A stretch of DNA of 64,000 nt from an uncultured Microthrixaceae bacterium. Lineage in GTDB: Bacteria > Actinomycetota > Acidimicrobiia > Acidimicrobiales > DATDAH01. Positions 33,935 through 44,827 of the stretch are shown here, piece by piece. The DNA lies in contig CAVPAN010000016.1 of NCBI GenBank assembly GCA_963701565.1, positions 129,272 through 193,271 of the forward strand, read 5' to 3'. The notes under the pieces are model-generated. The model ran no database searches, was not told the origin of the DNA, and saw only the letters and a list, made by a program, of their open reading frames with translations. Each line of letters starts with the position of its first letter. The first letter of the stretch is position 1. The translations under genes were made by a program, and so were the position numbers.

Positions 33935-34795
33935 TCATCGGCCGGCGGCCCGGGCCGGCGCCGACTGGTTCATGGCGGCGATGAGGCCGCCGTCCACCCG
34001 CAGGTCGCATCCGGAGACGAACGCGGCCCGCTCGGAGCAGAGGAACGCCACCGCCTCGGCGATGTCGGCCGTGTGCCCCGGCAGCACCGGCTCGGGGCCC
34101 TGCCGGCTCGAGTGGATCGGCGTCAGCTCGACGAGGTGGGCCTTGACCGGGTTCTCGGCCAGCTCCAGCCGCCCCATGCCAGTGTCGATCAGGCCCGGGG
34201 ACAGCGAGACGACCCTTCCACCCGAGGCGCCCCACGCCAACGCAGCCCGCTCGCAGGCCCGGAGCACGCCTCGCTTGGCCAGCCGGTAGGTGGACCCGGG
34301 GTCTGGCTCGCTCCCGAGGCAGGAGCGAAAGCGGCCCGCGAGGTCCGGAGCGAGCGGGGCGTCCAGCACCGCGTCCATCTCCGGGGCGAACTCGCCCATG
34401 TGGGCCGACACGGACGCGAGGCAGACGGCGACGCTCCCCGGCACCACCGCGGGGGCGAAGGCGTCGAGGAGGCGCACCACCCCCGCCAGGTCGACCCGGA
34501 GGATCTCCTCCCAGTCGGTCATCGACGGCGACAGGCCTGCGGTGTGCACGAGCGCCCGCAGCGGCCCGTGGTCGCCGACCTGTCGGACGAGAGCGTCGAT
34601 CACCAGAGGATCGGCGACGTCGCCGACGAGGGTGACCACTGTGGTCCCCTCCGCCTCGAGCACGGCGGCGGTCGCAGCCAGCCCCGCCTCGTCGCGGTCG
34701 GTCAGGAGCAACACCTCGCTCGACGCGCCGAGGGTCTGGGCACAGGCCGAACCCATCGCCCCGGCGGCGCCCGTCACCACAGAGACCGGCATCAT
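33935..34795 (-). CDS. SDR family oxidoreductase
   Basis: VVTGAAGAMG, HTAG, YRLAK, SPGLIDT, DLRVDGG. Confidence 0.9.
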   Translation of the reverse strand: MMPVSVVTGAAGAMGSACAQTLGASSEVLLLTDRDEAGLAATAAVLEAEGTTVVTLVGDVADPLVIDALVRQVGDHGPLRALVHTAGLSPSMTDWEEILRVDLAGVVRLLDAFAPAVVPGSVAVCLASVSAHMGEFAPEMDAVLDAPLAPDLAGRFRSCLGSEPDPGSTYRLAKRGVLRACERAALAWGASGGRVVSLSPGLIDTGMGRLELAENPVKAHLVELTPIHSSRQGPEPVLPGHTADIAEAVAFLCSERAAFVSGCDLRVDGGLIAAMNQSAPARAAGR

Positions 34796-36070
34796 CGCGA
34801 CGTGGTGCCCGTGTGCCGCAACGACGACATCGCGGCGTCCTGGCGGCCGGCGATGGCGGCCCGCTCGCGGAGCAGGCCAGCCTGATCGACGGCGCCGTCG
34901 AGGTCGCCGGGGCGGGGCGGGAGGGCGAACCCCGTGTAGATGACCCGGCGCTCGGCGCTCTCCGGGTGCGTCGACCGGTGGAGCGCGCACGACAAGTGCA
35001 CGGTCACGTCACCCCGGTCCGCCCGCAGCGCAGCCACCGGCAGGTCCACGCCCCGATCGACCTGCCGGCGAGCGATGTGGGCGCGGTGCGACCCGGCGAG
35101 GACGTCCAAGCCGCCGTGGGCGCGGTCGACGGGCGTCAGGCAGATGCCGATGGTCAGGCCCGAGCAGAACATCGAGTGCCCACCCCGCTCGCAGTCCTTG
35201 TGCCACGGCAGGCAGACCAGCCCCTCGACCGACGCCACCCGCTTCACCAGTCCCTCGGCTGTGAGGTCGCTGAAGTGCTCGCCGAAGGGATCACCCGGCT
35301 CGTGGCCGTCGTCCAGGATCCCGCCGATGGCCAGGAAGCGGGGATCGGCGAGCAGGCCGCGGCAGGTGCGGCGACCGGCCCACGAGGTCGAGGATCCGGC
35401 AGGGATAGCGCTCGCCGGTGCTCGTCGCCGCCCACCAGGAGGCCCCGTCGTCGGGCCGGGCCTCCTCGACCGCGGCAGCCAGGTCGGTGTCCACGGCGTC
35501 CATCTCCGCGTCGGTGAAGACCCCCTGCAGCAGGAGGAAGCCGGCTTCGGCGAGGAAGTGGGCCGCCTCCTCGGCGCGTTCACCCAGGACGAAGCGCTGC
35601 TCGAGGTCGAGGGCCGTGCCGTCGGTGCCCTGCACGGCGACCGAATCGAGGCGGTGGAGGGCACGGCCGTCCAGCAGCGAACGCAGGACGGGGTCCCATG
35701 CGCAGAAGGCCTCGTGGGCCGGCCCCTCGCCCGCGACCCGCCCGGCGATGACCAGACCGAGGGCCGTCCGCTCCTCACGCACGAGGTGGGTGAATGCTTC
35801 TCGGTCGAGGTCGACCAGGAGCGCCGCGTGCGTTCCGGGCCGGGCCTCGATCCCTCCCGGGCCGAGCTCCATGGTCCAGGCGTCGCCGTCGACGCGGATC
35901 GTGAGTGCCTCGAGACCGAGCAGCTCAGCGTCGGCGGCCGCCTGAGGACCGTTGCGGGCCGATGCCTCGGCCCACGTCCCGGCCCAGAACTCCGCCGGGT
36001 CGACGACGTCGGTCGGCCGTCGGTCCCGAGTGCGGACGTCGACACTCCGCCGGGCGCCGGTGGGGCTCAT
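34792..36070 (-). CDS. phytanoyl-CoA dioxygenase family protein with SCP2-like N-terminus (frameshift ~35365)
   Basis: GFLLLQGVF, LPWHKDC, GGLDVLAGSH, GDVTVHLSCALH, RRVIY. Confidence 0.8.
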
Positions 36071-36122
36071 CGCGGGTGGTCCACCGGGACGGCGCCGGTG
36101 GCCAATACGTCGCGGGAGATGA

Positions 36123-36549
36123 CTACGCCGGAGGGTCAGCCGGCAGGGCGCCGATCTGCTGCATGAGCGACAGCATGTCGGTGACCCCCCAGTGCTCGCA
36201 CACGAGTCCCGCGTCTGTCGAACCGCATGATGTCGATGAGCTGCACCTCGACGTGCGCGCCGGTCGGGGGCACCCCCATGAACTCGCCTTGGTGCGTTGC
36301 CGTGAACGTTACGCGGGCCACGGCCTTGTCCCCTTCGGTGATCAGGTCCTCGACGTCCATCCGCATGTCGGGAAACGCCGCCAGCAGCATCCGGAAGAAG
36401 TCCAGCGCCCCCTCCTTCGTGGCAGGCATGCCCGGCTCGACCTCGTGCTCGACGAAGTCCTCCGCGACCAGGTCGCCGAACCCGGCGATGTCTCCTGCAC
36501 TGATCCGCTCGTAGGCGCTCCGCATCGTCTCGGCGTGGTCCACGGTCAT
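36123..36549 (-). CDS. SnoaL-like ester cyclase (frameshift near 3' end)
   Basis: AFPD, EGDKAVAR, THQGEFMGVPPTG, EHWG. Confidence 0.88.
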
Positions 36550-36644
36550 CCCCCTGTTCCGGCGGTAGGAGCCTGACCATAGCCCTGGATCGACTCCAGC
36601 CGGATCGACGACCATGCGGGTCGTCAACCCGGTCGCGTCTTCGC

Positions 36645-36956
36645 CTACGGCGACATCTCGTCGTCAACGATCAGGTCGACGAACTCGGGAACGCCGTCGA
36701 AGATCTCTGCCATCGTCGCCCTCGCGGCCTGGAGCGCCTCCTGACGTCGCGGATCGCTCTCGCGGGCACGGGCCTTCTCCTCGCTCTCGAAGACGACGAG
36801 CATGTAGGCCCGGCTCGGATCGTTCTGGTCCCGCATGGCCAGCGAGCGGACGAGTCCTGAGTCTTCTTGTTCAGCCTCCCGCAACTGGTCGACCAACCCC
36901 TGCAGATCGCCTTCCCTACCCGGCTTCAGCCGGGTCGTGATGAGCTGTGCCCACAT
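36645..36956 (-). CDS. ABM-like (dimeric alpha+beta barrel) protein
   Basis: RLKPG..DQNDP..VVFESEEKA; GAGAGGAG RBS. Confidence 0.75.
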   Translation of the reverse strand: MWAQLITTRLKPGREGDLQGLVDQLREAEQEDSGLVRSLAMRDQNDPSRAYMLVVFESEEKARARESDPRRQEALQAARATMAEIFDGVPEFVDLIVDDEMSP

Positions 36957-37306
36957 ACCGGTCTCCTCTCTTCGCAGCTGGTGCCAAACCTACGCGCGTC
37001 ACCCTGCACCCGCTTGGGCAGCTCGGCGAGCACGATCGCCCGGACCGGCTCGGCCAGGAGCTCGACCAGGGGGGCGAACGCACCGGTGGCCGCGGCCTCC
37101 TGCAGGTGCGCGTCACGCGCCTCGGCTGAGTCCCAGTCGGCGATCTCGACCAGCACGTCGGGGTCGTCGAGCACCTCGTGACGCGTGCTGCCGAGGAAGC
37201 CGCTCAAGGTGGGCGCCTGCTGCGCAAGCATGTTCTCGAACAGACGCCTGAGCTCGTCGCGCCCGCCGGGCTTGGCTTTGAGCTCCACGATCACCTTGAT
37301 GGTCAC
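36926..37306 (-). CDS. antibiotic biosynthesis monooxygenase family protein
   Basis: KAKPG, GFLG, DWDSAEARDAH; GAAGGAG RBS; 3' end uncertain. Confidence 0.8.
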   Translation of the reverse strand: MTIKVIVELKAKPGGRDELRRLFENMLAQQAPTLSGFLGSTRHEVLDDPDVLVEIADWDSAEARDAHLQEAAATGAFAPLVELLAEPVRAIVLAELPKRVQGDARRFGTSCEERRPVCGHSSSRPG

Positions 37307-37322
37307 TTCGTCTCCTTCCCGC

Positions 37323-39335
37323 TCAGAAGCGGACGGTCGACGGCGGCGGCCCGAAGGCCGTCCAGCCCTCGGGCGTCCCCGCCAGCCGGAACAGCATGTT
37401 CACGAACTGGCCGCGAGTGACGGGGTCGCGAGGCCGGTAGCGGCCGTCGGAGAAGCCGGTCACCAGCCCCAGGTCCCGGGCCCAGTCGAGGGCGTCGCCG
37501 TAGAAGGCCCCCGGGGGCACGTCGGGAAAGCCGTGGGGCGGGGCGCCCGCGGGCCGGCCGACCATCGCCCAGAAGAGGTTGACCACCTGCCCTCGTGTCA
37601 CCGGGTCCCGGGGACCGAAGCGTCCGTCGGGGTAGCCCGTGACCAGCCCGGCCTCGACCGCCCAGGAGAGCGCGTCCTCGTAGAAGGCTCCCGGGGGGAT
37701 GTCGGGGAAGCCATGGGGCGCTGTGGCCGTGGGCTCGTCGACGTCGTGCCAGAGCGTGTTGACCGCCGCACCCCGGCGGACCGCCACATCGGGGCGGTAC
37801 TCCCCGCCCGCGAAACCGGTGACCAGATCGTGGTGGGCCGCCCAGTCGAGGGCGGGTGCGATCGAGGCCAGGCCGTCGACGTCGACGAACGGGTGGGGCG
37901 GGAACCCGGAGAGCCGCCGGGCGGTGACGACCAGCGGGGCCTCGACCTGCCGGCGGACGGTGCGGGCGTCGGCCACGGTCGCCCCGGGGGGCCGATAGGT
38001 GAGGATCCGCCGACCCTGGAACCGGCTGGCGGGGCCGAACTGGGGATCGGTGTTGCCGATCGCCGCGGTCAGTCGGAGGCCGCTGACGCCGTAGGCCGCA
38101 GTGTCACCCGTGCACAGGTCCCCCGGCGGCGTGACGTCGTCGAGGTAGTAGGAGCTGCGGGAAGAGGGCGGGAGGTCCTGGTTGGTGACCAGGCGGCGCA
38201 CACTGATCAGCGAGCCCTGCGCCCCCCGCACCAGTTCCCAGGAGCTGAAGGCTGTGGACACGGTGTCGGGGACCCCGTCGATAGTGACGTCGGCTCCCAT
38301 CGCCGAGTGGCGATACGTCATGCCCGCCGCGGCCGGGCTGTAGTCGAAGAGGTCCATCATCCCCGGGATCGCGTGGACCCGGAGGTCGCTCACGATCTCG
38401 TGGCGGGCCTCGTAGAAGAGGTGGGAGCGCTGGCTGAGCGGGCCGCTGTTGGCGCCGAGGTACGAGCGGATGGCCCGGACCGGCCCGACCCGGTTGACGA
38501 CGAAGGCGCCCTCGCCGTCCGAGAACGTGTCCTCGGTGCGCCCGCACTGGAAGGGGGCGAACTGGTTGCGGTGCCGATCGAGGATGTCGACCCCAGTCGC
38601 GTCTCCCGCCGTGATGTGGAGCGCGTCGTCGACCCAGCGGTCCGAGAAGTGGTGGACGTAGGCCGCCGTCGTGATCGTCGAGTCCTCGGGGTTGGGACCG
38701 TCGGCCCGGAGGTAGGTGGCCCTGTAGTCGCCGGAGGCGAGCGAGAAGTCGTAGTCGACCAGGTGCTGTCCGGCAGAGGGGTCGAGCGTCCCGTCGTGGG
38801 CGAAGAGGTAGGCCCAGCTCTGGGCGCCGGGCTCGAGCGGGTCGGTGATCGACAGCTCCACACCGGTGTCGGCGTCGACGTGTTCCGGCGGGTCGGCGCC
38901 GAGCGCCTGCTCGCCGGCGTCGCGGGCCATAAGCGCGACCTCGTCGTTGCCGTCCACGGCCGGTCTCGGGTCGGGACCGACCCACGTGTCCGGGTCGGTG
39001 TACTGCAGTACGGCCACGCCGATGGCGGCGGTCCCGTAGACGGTCCCTGTCGACCCCGGGATGCCGTTCGCCGCCGGCTCCGAGCCGAAGTCGACGACGG
39101 CCCGCTCGTCGACCTGCACCGGGATCGGGACCCAGGCTCCGGCCTCGCGGCGGAAGGCGGCGACCCGGTCGGGGGCCACCCCGAACAGCGGCCTGAGCGC
39201 CGGGCCGGTGACTACGACCGGGTCCTCGGGCCGGGATACCGGCTCGGCCGCTACGGGGGGCACCGCGACCGCCGCGACCACCGAGGCCACCAGTCCCAGC
39301 ACCAAGGCACCCACCGCGGCGCGACCTGTCCGCAC
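37323..39335 (-). CDS. secreted protein with three C-terminal SLH domains
   Basis: Signal peptide; PIPVQVDER; FVDV/FPDI/FPDV..ALxWA..LVTG..F/YxP..VTRGQ repeats. Confidence 0.9.
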   Translation of the reverse strand: MRTGRAAVGALVLGLVASVVAAVAVPPVAAEPVSRPEDPVVVTGPALRPLFGVAPDRVAAFRREAGAWVPIPVQVDERAVVDFGSEPAANGIPGSTGTVYGTAAIGVAVLQYTDPDTWVGPDPRPAVDGNDEVALMARDAGEQALGADPPEHVDADTGVELSITDPLEPGAQSWAYLFAHDGTLDPSAGQHLVDYDFSLASGDYRATYLRADGPNPEDSTITTAAYVHHFSDRWVDDALHITAGDATGVDILDRHRNQFAPFQCGRTEDTFSDGEGAFVVNRVGPVRAIRSYLGANSGPLSQRSHLFYEARHEIVSDLRVHAIPGMMDLFDYSPAAAGMTYRHSAMGADVTIDGVPDTVSTAFSSWELVRGAQGSLISVRRLVTNQDLPPSSRSSYYLDDVTPPGDLCTGDTAAYGVSGLRLTAAIGNTDPQFGPASRFQGRRILTYRPPGATVADARTVRRQVEAPLVVTARRLSGFPPHPFVDVDGLASIAPALDWAAHHDLVTGFAGGEYRPDVAVRRGAAVNTLWHDVDEPTATAPHGFPDIPPGAFYEDALSWAVEAGLVTGYPDGRFGPRDPVTRGQVVNLFWAMVGRPAGAPPHGFPDVPPGAFYGDALDWARDLGLVTGFSDGRYRPRDPVTRGQFVNMLFRLAGTPEGWTAFGPPPSTVRF

Positions 39336-39458
39336 CCCTCCAGTTCTAGCCGATCGCCCCGGTCAGTGGGCGTGGACCCTGACCCCAGGCCCTCGACCCG
39401 ACACGCCCCCACGGTTCATTGCGGACGGCCGTGGTGTCAGCCGTGGGCCCGGCGGTGG

Positions 39459-39890
39459 TCAGGTCCGCCTGGTGATGAACCTGACGGTGTCCTTGATGGC
39501 GGGGTCGGTGGTGGAGGTGGCGGTGAGGGTGCGGACCAGCGAGCCGCTGAAGGGCGGGGTGTTGCGCACGGTGACGACGATCGTGACCCGGTGGATGCCC
39601 CCGGGCGCCAGGTTGGGGGTGGCGTAGGTCCCGGCGGTCACCTGGTTGGTGATGTTGGCCCCGGCGCGGTTGCGGTAGACCACAGCGAACCGGGGTGTGG
39701 ATGCCGCACCCCGGACCCGGAGTGTCTCGGCGAAGGCGGCGTCATTCTGGATGGAGGCGTAGTAGACGACGCTGTGGCCCCGGGCGGCCGAACCGGTCCG
39801 GGTCTGGCCGATCCCGGTGGTGTTGTAGATGTCATTGCCCGCCAGCGGGCCCGCGCCGCGACGGATCCGGCCGTCGGGTCGGGCGGCGGC
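39459..39890. repeat. ~430-bp near-identical direct repeat, copy 1 (C-terminal domain coding)
   Basis: Aligns with 41461-41892 at offset 2002 with only scattered substitutions. Confidence 0.95.
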
Positions 39891-41363
39891 CACGGTGTAG
39901 GTGCGGTTCAACACCCGGGCGTTACCGGCGCCATCGGTGGCGGTCACGGTGAAGGTCTTCGGGCCCAGGGTGGCGGTGTTGATGGCCTGTCCGTCGGCCA
40001 CGGTGCCCTCACAGGAGGCCAGCCCGGAGCCGCCCTGATCCGCGCAGGAGAAGTCGGCGTTCACGACCTGGTTCCGGGCGTAGACCGCCCCGGCGGGCGG
40101 CGTGGCGATCGTCACGGTGGGCTGGGTGTTGTCGGTGGTGTCATCGAGTGGGGCGAAGCCGATTCCGTAGTGGTCTTCGCCCCCGAACCGTTCGCCGTCG
40201 CTGCCGACCCACAGCCCTTGTGGGGTGGCGAACAGGACCATGGTGCCGTGGTTGCGGGACTTGGTCGGGTTCCAGGCCAGAGCCATGCCGGTCACCGGGT
40301 CGATGGCGCCGATGCCCGGGCGGGAGACTGCGCCGTCGTCCAGCCAGCGTTGATGGCCGCCCACGTACACCGCCGGTCCGGTGACCGCCACGCTGTAGAG
40401 GGAGTCGCCGTTGGTCTCGTTGATCCACGTGGGCGCGGCCGTGGCGCTGACGTTCGCGGTCTCGAACCGGGCCGCCGCATCGCATATCCCGCTGGGTACG
40501 TTGCCTCCGGTGGCGACGATCACGAAGTAGGTGCCGTCGGGCGAGAAGTCCACGTCCCGCGCACTGATCCCCCTGCTCGAGCGGCACTCCACATCGAAGC
40601 GGGGGGCGTGCCAGGTGCTGAGCGTGGCGGTCGCGCCGAGGTTCAGCATGAACGCCCGTAGGCGGCCCTGGCCGTTGACCGTGGCGAAGTTGCCCGTGGC
40701 CACCAACCGGGTGCCGTCGGGGGAGACCGCGACGTGTCGGACCCTGGTCTCATCGGACGAGACGACCACCCCGGCGACGGTGATGTCAATGGCGCCGGTG
40801 TCCGCCCCGGTCGTCGGATCCAGGGCCACCACGTGCTTGGCGAAGTTTCCCACCGCGATGACCGCACCGTTGGCCAGCTTGATGTCCGACACCGTCCGGA
40901 GGTTCCCCGGCAGGAAGGTCGGGTCGATCTGGTTGTTGACCAGGTCGTACTTGACCAGTCCCCGGCGGGTGATCCCGTCGACCTGGGAGAAGGAGCCCGC
41001 GATGAACAGCGCGGTCCCGTCCGCGGTGGCCTCGATGGCGCCGACGGTCCCGTTGAACGCCAGGTCGAGCGGTGACACCACGCCGGTCTCGCGATCGAAG
41101 GCCACGAAGTTCTGCCGGGCATAGGTGGTCGTCCGGGCCCAGTCCTGCACCTGGTTGAACAGGCCACCGGCATACATGGTCTGACCGACCTGCGCGAACG
41201 CCCGCACGTCCTGCGACGGGGCGTCGAACACGATGTGCGGGGTCGTGTCCGCCGGGTTCTCCGACACCACCGCCGGATGAGAGATCGACGCCTGCGCCGG
41301 CGGCATGCTCCCGACGGCCAGCACCACCAGTGCGCAGGCTGCCGCCTTCTGGACGATCCTCAC
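39459..41363 (-). CDS. secreted beta-propeller protein with Ig-like repeat and shared C-terminal domain
   Basis: Signal peptide, YAGGLF/IAGSF/YVGGHQRW blades, FSCADQGGSGLASC Ig repeat, C-terminal RPDGRIRR..KDTVRFITRRT. Confidence 0.85.
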   Translation of the reverse strand: MRIVQKAAACALVVLAVGSMPPAQASISHPAVVSENPADTTPHIVFDAPSQDVRAFAQVGQTMYAGGLFNQVQDWARTTTYARQNFVAFDRETGVVSPLDLAFNGTVGAIEATADGTALFIAGSFSQVDGITRRGLVKYDLVNNQIDPTFLPGNLRTVSDIKLANGAVIAVGNFAKHVVALDPTTGADTGAIDITVAGVVVSSDETRVRHVAVSPDGTRLVATGNFATVNGQGRLRAFMLNLGATATLSTWHAPRFDVECRSSRGISARDVDFSPDGTYFVIVATGGNVPSGICDAAARFETANVSATAAPTWINETNGDSLYSVAVTGPAVYVGGHQRWLDDGAVSRPGIGAIDPVTGMALAWNPTKSRNHGTMVLFATPQGLWVGSDGERFGGEDHYGIGFAPLDDTTDNTQPTVTIATPPAGAVYARNQVVNADFSCADQGGSGLASCEGTVADGQAINTATLGPKTFTVTATDGAGNARVLNRTYTVAAARPDGRIRRGAGPLAGNDIYNTTGIGQTRTGSAARGHSVVYYASIQNDAAFAETLRVRGAASTPRFAVVYRNRAGANITNQVTAGTYATPNLAPGGIHRVTIVVTVRNTPPFSGSLVRTLTATSTTDPAIKDTVRFITRRT

Positions 41364-41460
41364 GTGTTCCCCTCCCCGGGACTTGCATCGCGCCGCCGCG
41401 AGGCGACATTACACATAGCGTGGCGGATCACACCACCCCTCGTGAGCAAGAGACCGCTCG

Positions 41461-41892
41461 TCAGGTCCGGCGGGTGATGAACCTGACGGTGTCCTTGATG
41501 GCGGGGTCGGTGGTGGAGGTGGCGGTGAGGGTGCGGACCAGCGAGCCGCTGAAGGGCGGGGTGTTGCGCACGGTGACGACGATCGTGACCCGGTGGATGC
41601 GCCCGGGCGCCAGGTTGGGGGTGGTGTAGGTCCCGGCGGTGACCTGGTTGGTGATGTTGGCCCCGGCGCGGTTGCGGTAGACCACCGCGAACCGGGGTGT
41701 GGATGCCGCACCCCGGAGCCGGAGTGTCTCGGCGAAGGCGGCGTCGTTCTGGATGGAGGCGTAGTAGACGACGCTGCGGCCCCGGGCGGCGGAACCGGTG
41801 CGGGTCTGGCCGATCCCGGTGGTGTTGTAGATGTCATTGCCCGCCAGTGGGCCCGCGCCGCGACGGATCCGGCCGTCGGGTCGGGGGGCGGC
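41461..41892. repeat. ~430-bp near-identical direct repeat, copy 2
   Basis: Aligns with 39459-39890. Confidence 0.95.
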
Positions 41893-42806
41893 TGCGGTGA
41901 CATCGAGCACGAAGACCGCGTGGGACATTGGATCCGTGGCCGGCCACGCGGGGGCGTCGGCGCCGTCGGTGACGAGGAGCTGTTCACCGATGACCTCCAC
42001 CCCAGTGGTGTTGAGGAGGCCCAAACCGGTGAGGCTGATGCCGTTCCATCCCGCCCGGAGCGCCCGGGGGGCGTCCATCGAAGCCCGGTAGAGGCGCTCT
42101 GTGTTGGTGACCGCCAGCAGATCGCCCGTGTCATCGTCGAAGTCGACCCCGAGGATCTGGGAGAGCCCGACGATCGAGAACGGGGCCCCGAAGGTGTTGG
42201 TGGGGTAGTCATAGGTGCGGATGTTCGGGCCGTTCGCGACGTAGGTGAGGCCGTCGGCGGAGCGCCAGCCCGCACCGGCGGACTCCGAGTCCACCGCCTG
42301 CCAGGACTCGACCTGGAACTGATCGTTGATGTCCCGGGTGAGGCGGTAGACGGTCGGGTCCGAGGGGGTCGGGACCACGCCGCCGAACGGGGTGCTCCCC
42401 GAGAAGGCGTAGAGGACGTCGGCGTCGGCGTCGTAGGCGAGCGCCTCGAGGTCCTCGTTCCGCGACTGACCGGCGATGCTGCCGCCGCCGAGCGGCAGCA
42501 CGCGTTGATGAAGGCCGACTGCGGGATCTTCTGCCGAAGCGCCCCGGTCGTGCGGTCGACCTCGAACAGCGCGTCGGCCTGGTCATCGGCCATCCACAGC
42601 GCGTCGTCGCTCTCGACATAGGCGCTGCCCTCGTTGTCGAACAGCCGGTTCGGGGCGGGGAACAGCGAGGTCTGGATCAAACGGTTGAGGCTGAGTTGAG
42701 GATGCGGCGTCTGGGTCAACTCCTGCGCCGTGCCTGTCCCGACCATCGCCGACGTGACCAGGATCGACCCCACCACGACCCCGACCAGAAGCTTTCGTGC
42801 TCGCAT
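41461..42806 (-). CDS. secreted beta-propeller (SdiA-regulated-like) protein with shared C-terminal domain (frameshift ~42500)
   Basis: Signal peptide, DNEGSAY, DLEALAYD, TGVEV blades; same C-terminal domain as the neighbour. Confidence 0.8.
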
Positions 42807-43137
42807 CTCGTTCTCCCTGTTTGATCCCAGGCACCGCAACGTACGCCAAATCCACCACCGGGCACCACTTAGAGTGGCGACAACGACTGCAGAGTGACGT
42901 GGCGACCATCGCGGGGACCGTGCCCACCCCCGTGCGGGTCGTGCACGCGAGGCTGGACCGCGGGGCCACCCGGGAGCGGATCGAGGTCGAAGACCAGGTC
43001 TGGGACGGGACCAGTGCGCAGGGCGCGGATGCCGTCGCCGACGGACTGCAATCGCGCGACTGACATCGACGAACGGTCAACCACCCTGAGCGGGTGGGTG
43101 TCGCAAAATCCGCGTTCCGGGTGCTCTTGATGGTGTG

Positions 43138-43605
43138 ATGGACGTCGTGGGGGTGGTCGAGGGCGTCGAGGGCTTCGACGGCTTCTTCGCCGCCGCTGAG
43201 CCCAGCCTGCGACGGGTCCTCGTGGCCCGCTACGGGCTCGACCGCGGCCGGGAGGCCACGGCGGAGGCTCTCGCCTGGGGCTTCGAGCACTGGGACCGGC
43301 TGCGGGCCATGGAGAACCCGACCGGCTACCTCTACCGGGTCGGCTGCACCAAGGTCCGAGGGCGCCGCCGTCGCGTGCTGTTCGAGGCTCCGCCGGCACC
43401 TGGCGAGCCGGAGGTCGAGCCCGGACTGGCCGTCGCGCTCACCCGCCTGTCGGCGAACCAGCGCGCGGCCGTCGTCCTGGTGAAGGGCTACGGCTGGGAG
43501 CTGCACGAGGTCGCGGAGCTGACCGGGTCGTCCATCTCGACGGTGAACACGCACGTCCGGCGGGGCCTGGCCAAGCTCCGCGCCGAGCTTGGAGTCGAGC
43601 CTTGA
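43138..43605 (+). CDS. ECF RNA polymerase sigma factor (SigE-like)
   Basis: EATAEALAW..W..MENPTGYLYRV; LSANQRAAVVL..EVAEL..TVNTHVRRGLAKLR. Confidence 0.9.
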   Translation: MDVVGVVEGVEGFDGFFAAAEPSLRRVLVARYGLDRGREATAEALAWGFEHWDRLRAMENPTGYLYRVGCTKVRGRRRRVLFEAPPAPGEPEVEPGLAVALTRLSANQRAAVVLVKGYGWELHEVAELTGSSISTVNTHVRRGLAKLRAELGVEP

Positions 43606-44693
43606 ACGAAAACGAGCTGCCCGACCGCCTCCGCCGCCTGGTCGAGCGGGCCCAGCCCGTCGACTTCGACGAGGTGATCCACCGTCGCCCGGTGCGCGGC
43701 GCCCGACCGCTCGTCGTCGCCCTCGCCGCCGTCGCCGTCCTCGCCCTCGTGGCCGGCGCCGTGGCCCTGCTGCGGATCGACCGCCACGATGCCGCACCGA
43801 TGACGACCGACCCACCGGCGACGACCGTCCCCGCCGTGGATGCTGTACCGGTCTGGTACGACGGGCGGGGGCTCCACCACGGCGATGTCGTGGAGCAGAC
43901 CCCGGTGGAGATCATGCAGCAGGTCGGGGACGACTCGGTGGCGGGGGCGCTGGCGCTGGTGCGCTCGGGTGCGGTGTACCTCGACCCGGCGACGGGCGAC
44001 GTGTGGTTCCACCCCTGGGGCGGGGAGCCCCGTATCGTGGGCCACGACTCCGCCGCCGGCCCCGGCGGGGACCCGAACGGCGACACCGCCGCCTGGTTCG
44101 ATGGATCCGACCTCGTCGTCTACGACACGGCTGCCGGCCGCGAGATCTCGCGGACACCGCAGGGGCAGAACGTCGTCTCCGGATCCTCCGGCATCGGTGG
44201 CGACCACTTCCCGGCCGGCAACGGCTTCCTGCAGGTCTCTGCCGAGCGCGTGGTCTGGTCCACCGGACCGGGGGTGTTCAGCCATGACCCACGTACGAGG
44301 ACGACGTCGGTGTTCGAGTTCCCGGAGGGCCGCTACCTCGCGGATGTCCACGATCAGGTCGAGGTCTTCGGCACGGGTGAGGCTCCGGTGGTGAGCGTGC
44401 CGGGCCGGGCCGACGTGCGCCTGACGGACCTCGAACCCCACCTCCGGCTGAGTCCCAGCGGCGACGAGGTCCTCGGGGTCGAGGCCACCGAGGAGCGTCA
44501 CGCCGCGGCGATCGTCGACACCAGGACCGGTGAGCTGTGGCCGGTGCCAAGGAACGCGTACCCCTGGATCGCCTGGTCGTACGGCGACATCGCCCTCGTG
44601 GACACCGAGGACGCCTTGCTCGCCTGTGACGCCGCCCGGCGCGCCTGCGCTCCCCTGCCTGCCGAGCGCCCGTTCCTGATGCCCACCAACTGA
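43602..44693 (+). CDS. membrane-anchored putative anti-sigma/sensor partner
   Basis: Overlaps the sigma stop by 4 bp; short N-terminus, one TM, large predicted extracellular domain. Confidence 0.75.
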   Translation: MNENELPDRLRRLVERAQPVDFDEVIHRRPVRGARPLVVALAAVAVLALVAGAVALLRIDRHDAAPMTTDPPATTVPAVDAVPVWYDGRGLHHGDVVEQTPVEIMQQVGDDSVAGALALVRSGAVYLDPATGDVWFHPWGGEPRIVGHDSAAGPGGDPNGDTAAWFDGSDLVVYDTAAGREISRTPQGQNVVSGSSGIGGDHFPAGNGFLQVSAERVVWSTGPGVFSHDPRTRTTSVFEFPEGRYLADVHDQVEVFGTGEAPVVSVPGRADVRLTDLEPHLRLSPSGDEVLGVEATEERHAAAIVDTRTGELWPVPRNAYPWIAWSYGDIALVDTEDALLACDAARRACAPLPAERPFLMPTN

Positions 44694-44720
44694 ATCGCGC
44701 ACTCAAGTCAGGATCGCTCA

Positions 44721-44746
44721 GTGGGTGATTCTGGTTTCGAACCAGT
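44721..44746 (-). repeat. degenerate tRNA-Val 3' fragment (att-like copy E)
   Basis: gtgggtgattctggtttcgaaccagt versus gtgggcgatactggtttcgaaccagt at 60935: 24 of 26 positions identical. Confidence 0.7.
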
Positions 44747-44827
44747 CCCATCGACCCCCGCTGACCGGGGTCACCGTCGGGGCCCACTACCGGGCATGGC
44801 CGACTATGCGGTCGTTAGGGTCTGCGG

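Noticed and set aside
37185-40661. 1158-aa plus-strand ORF and other long antisense ORFs
   Set aside because: Shadow frames of real minus-strand genes in high-GC DNA, with no recognisable motifs
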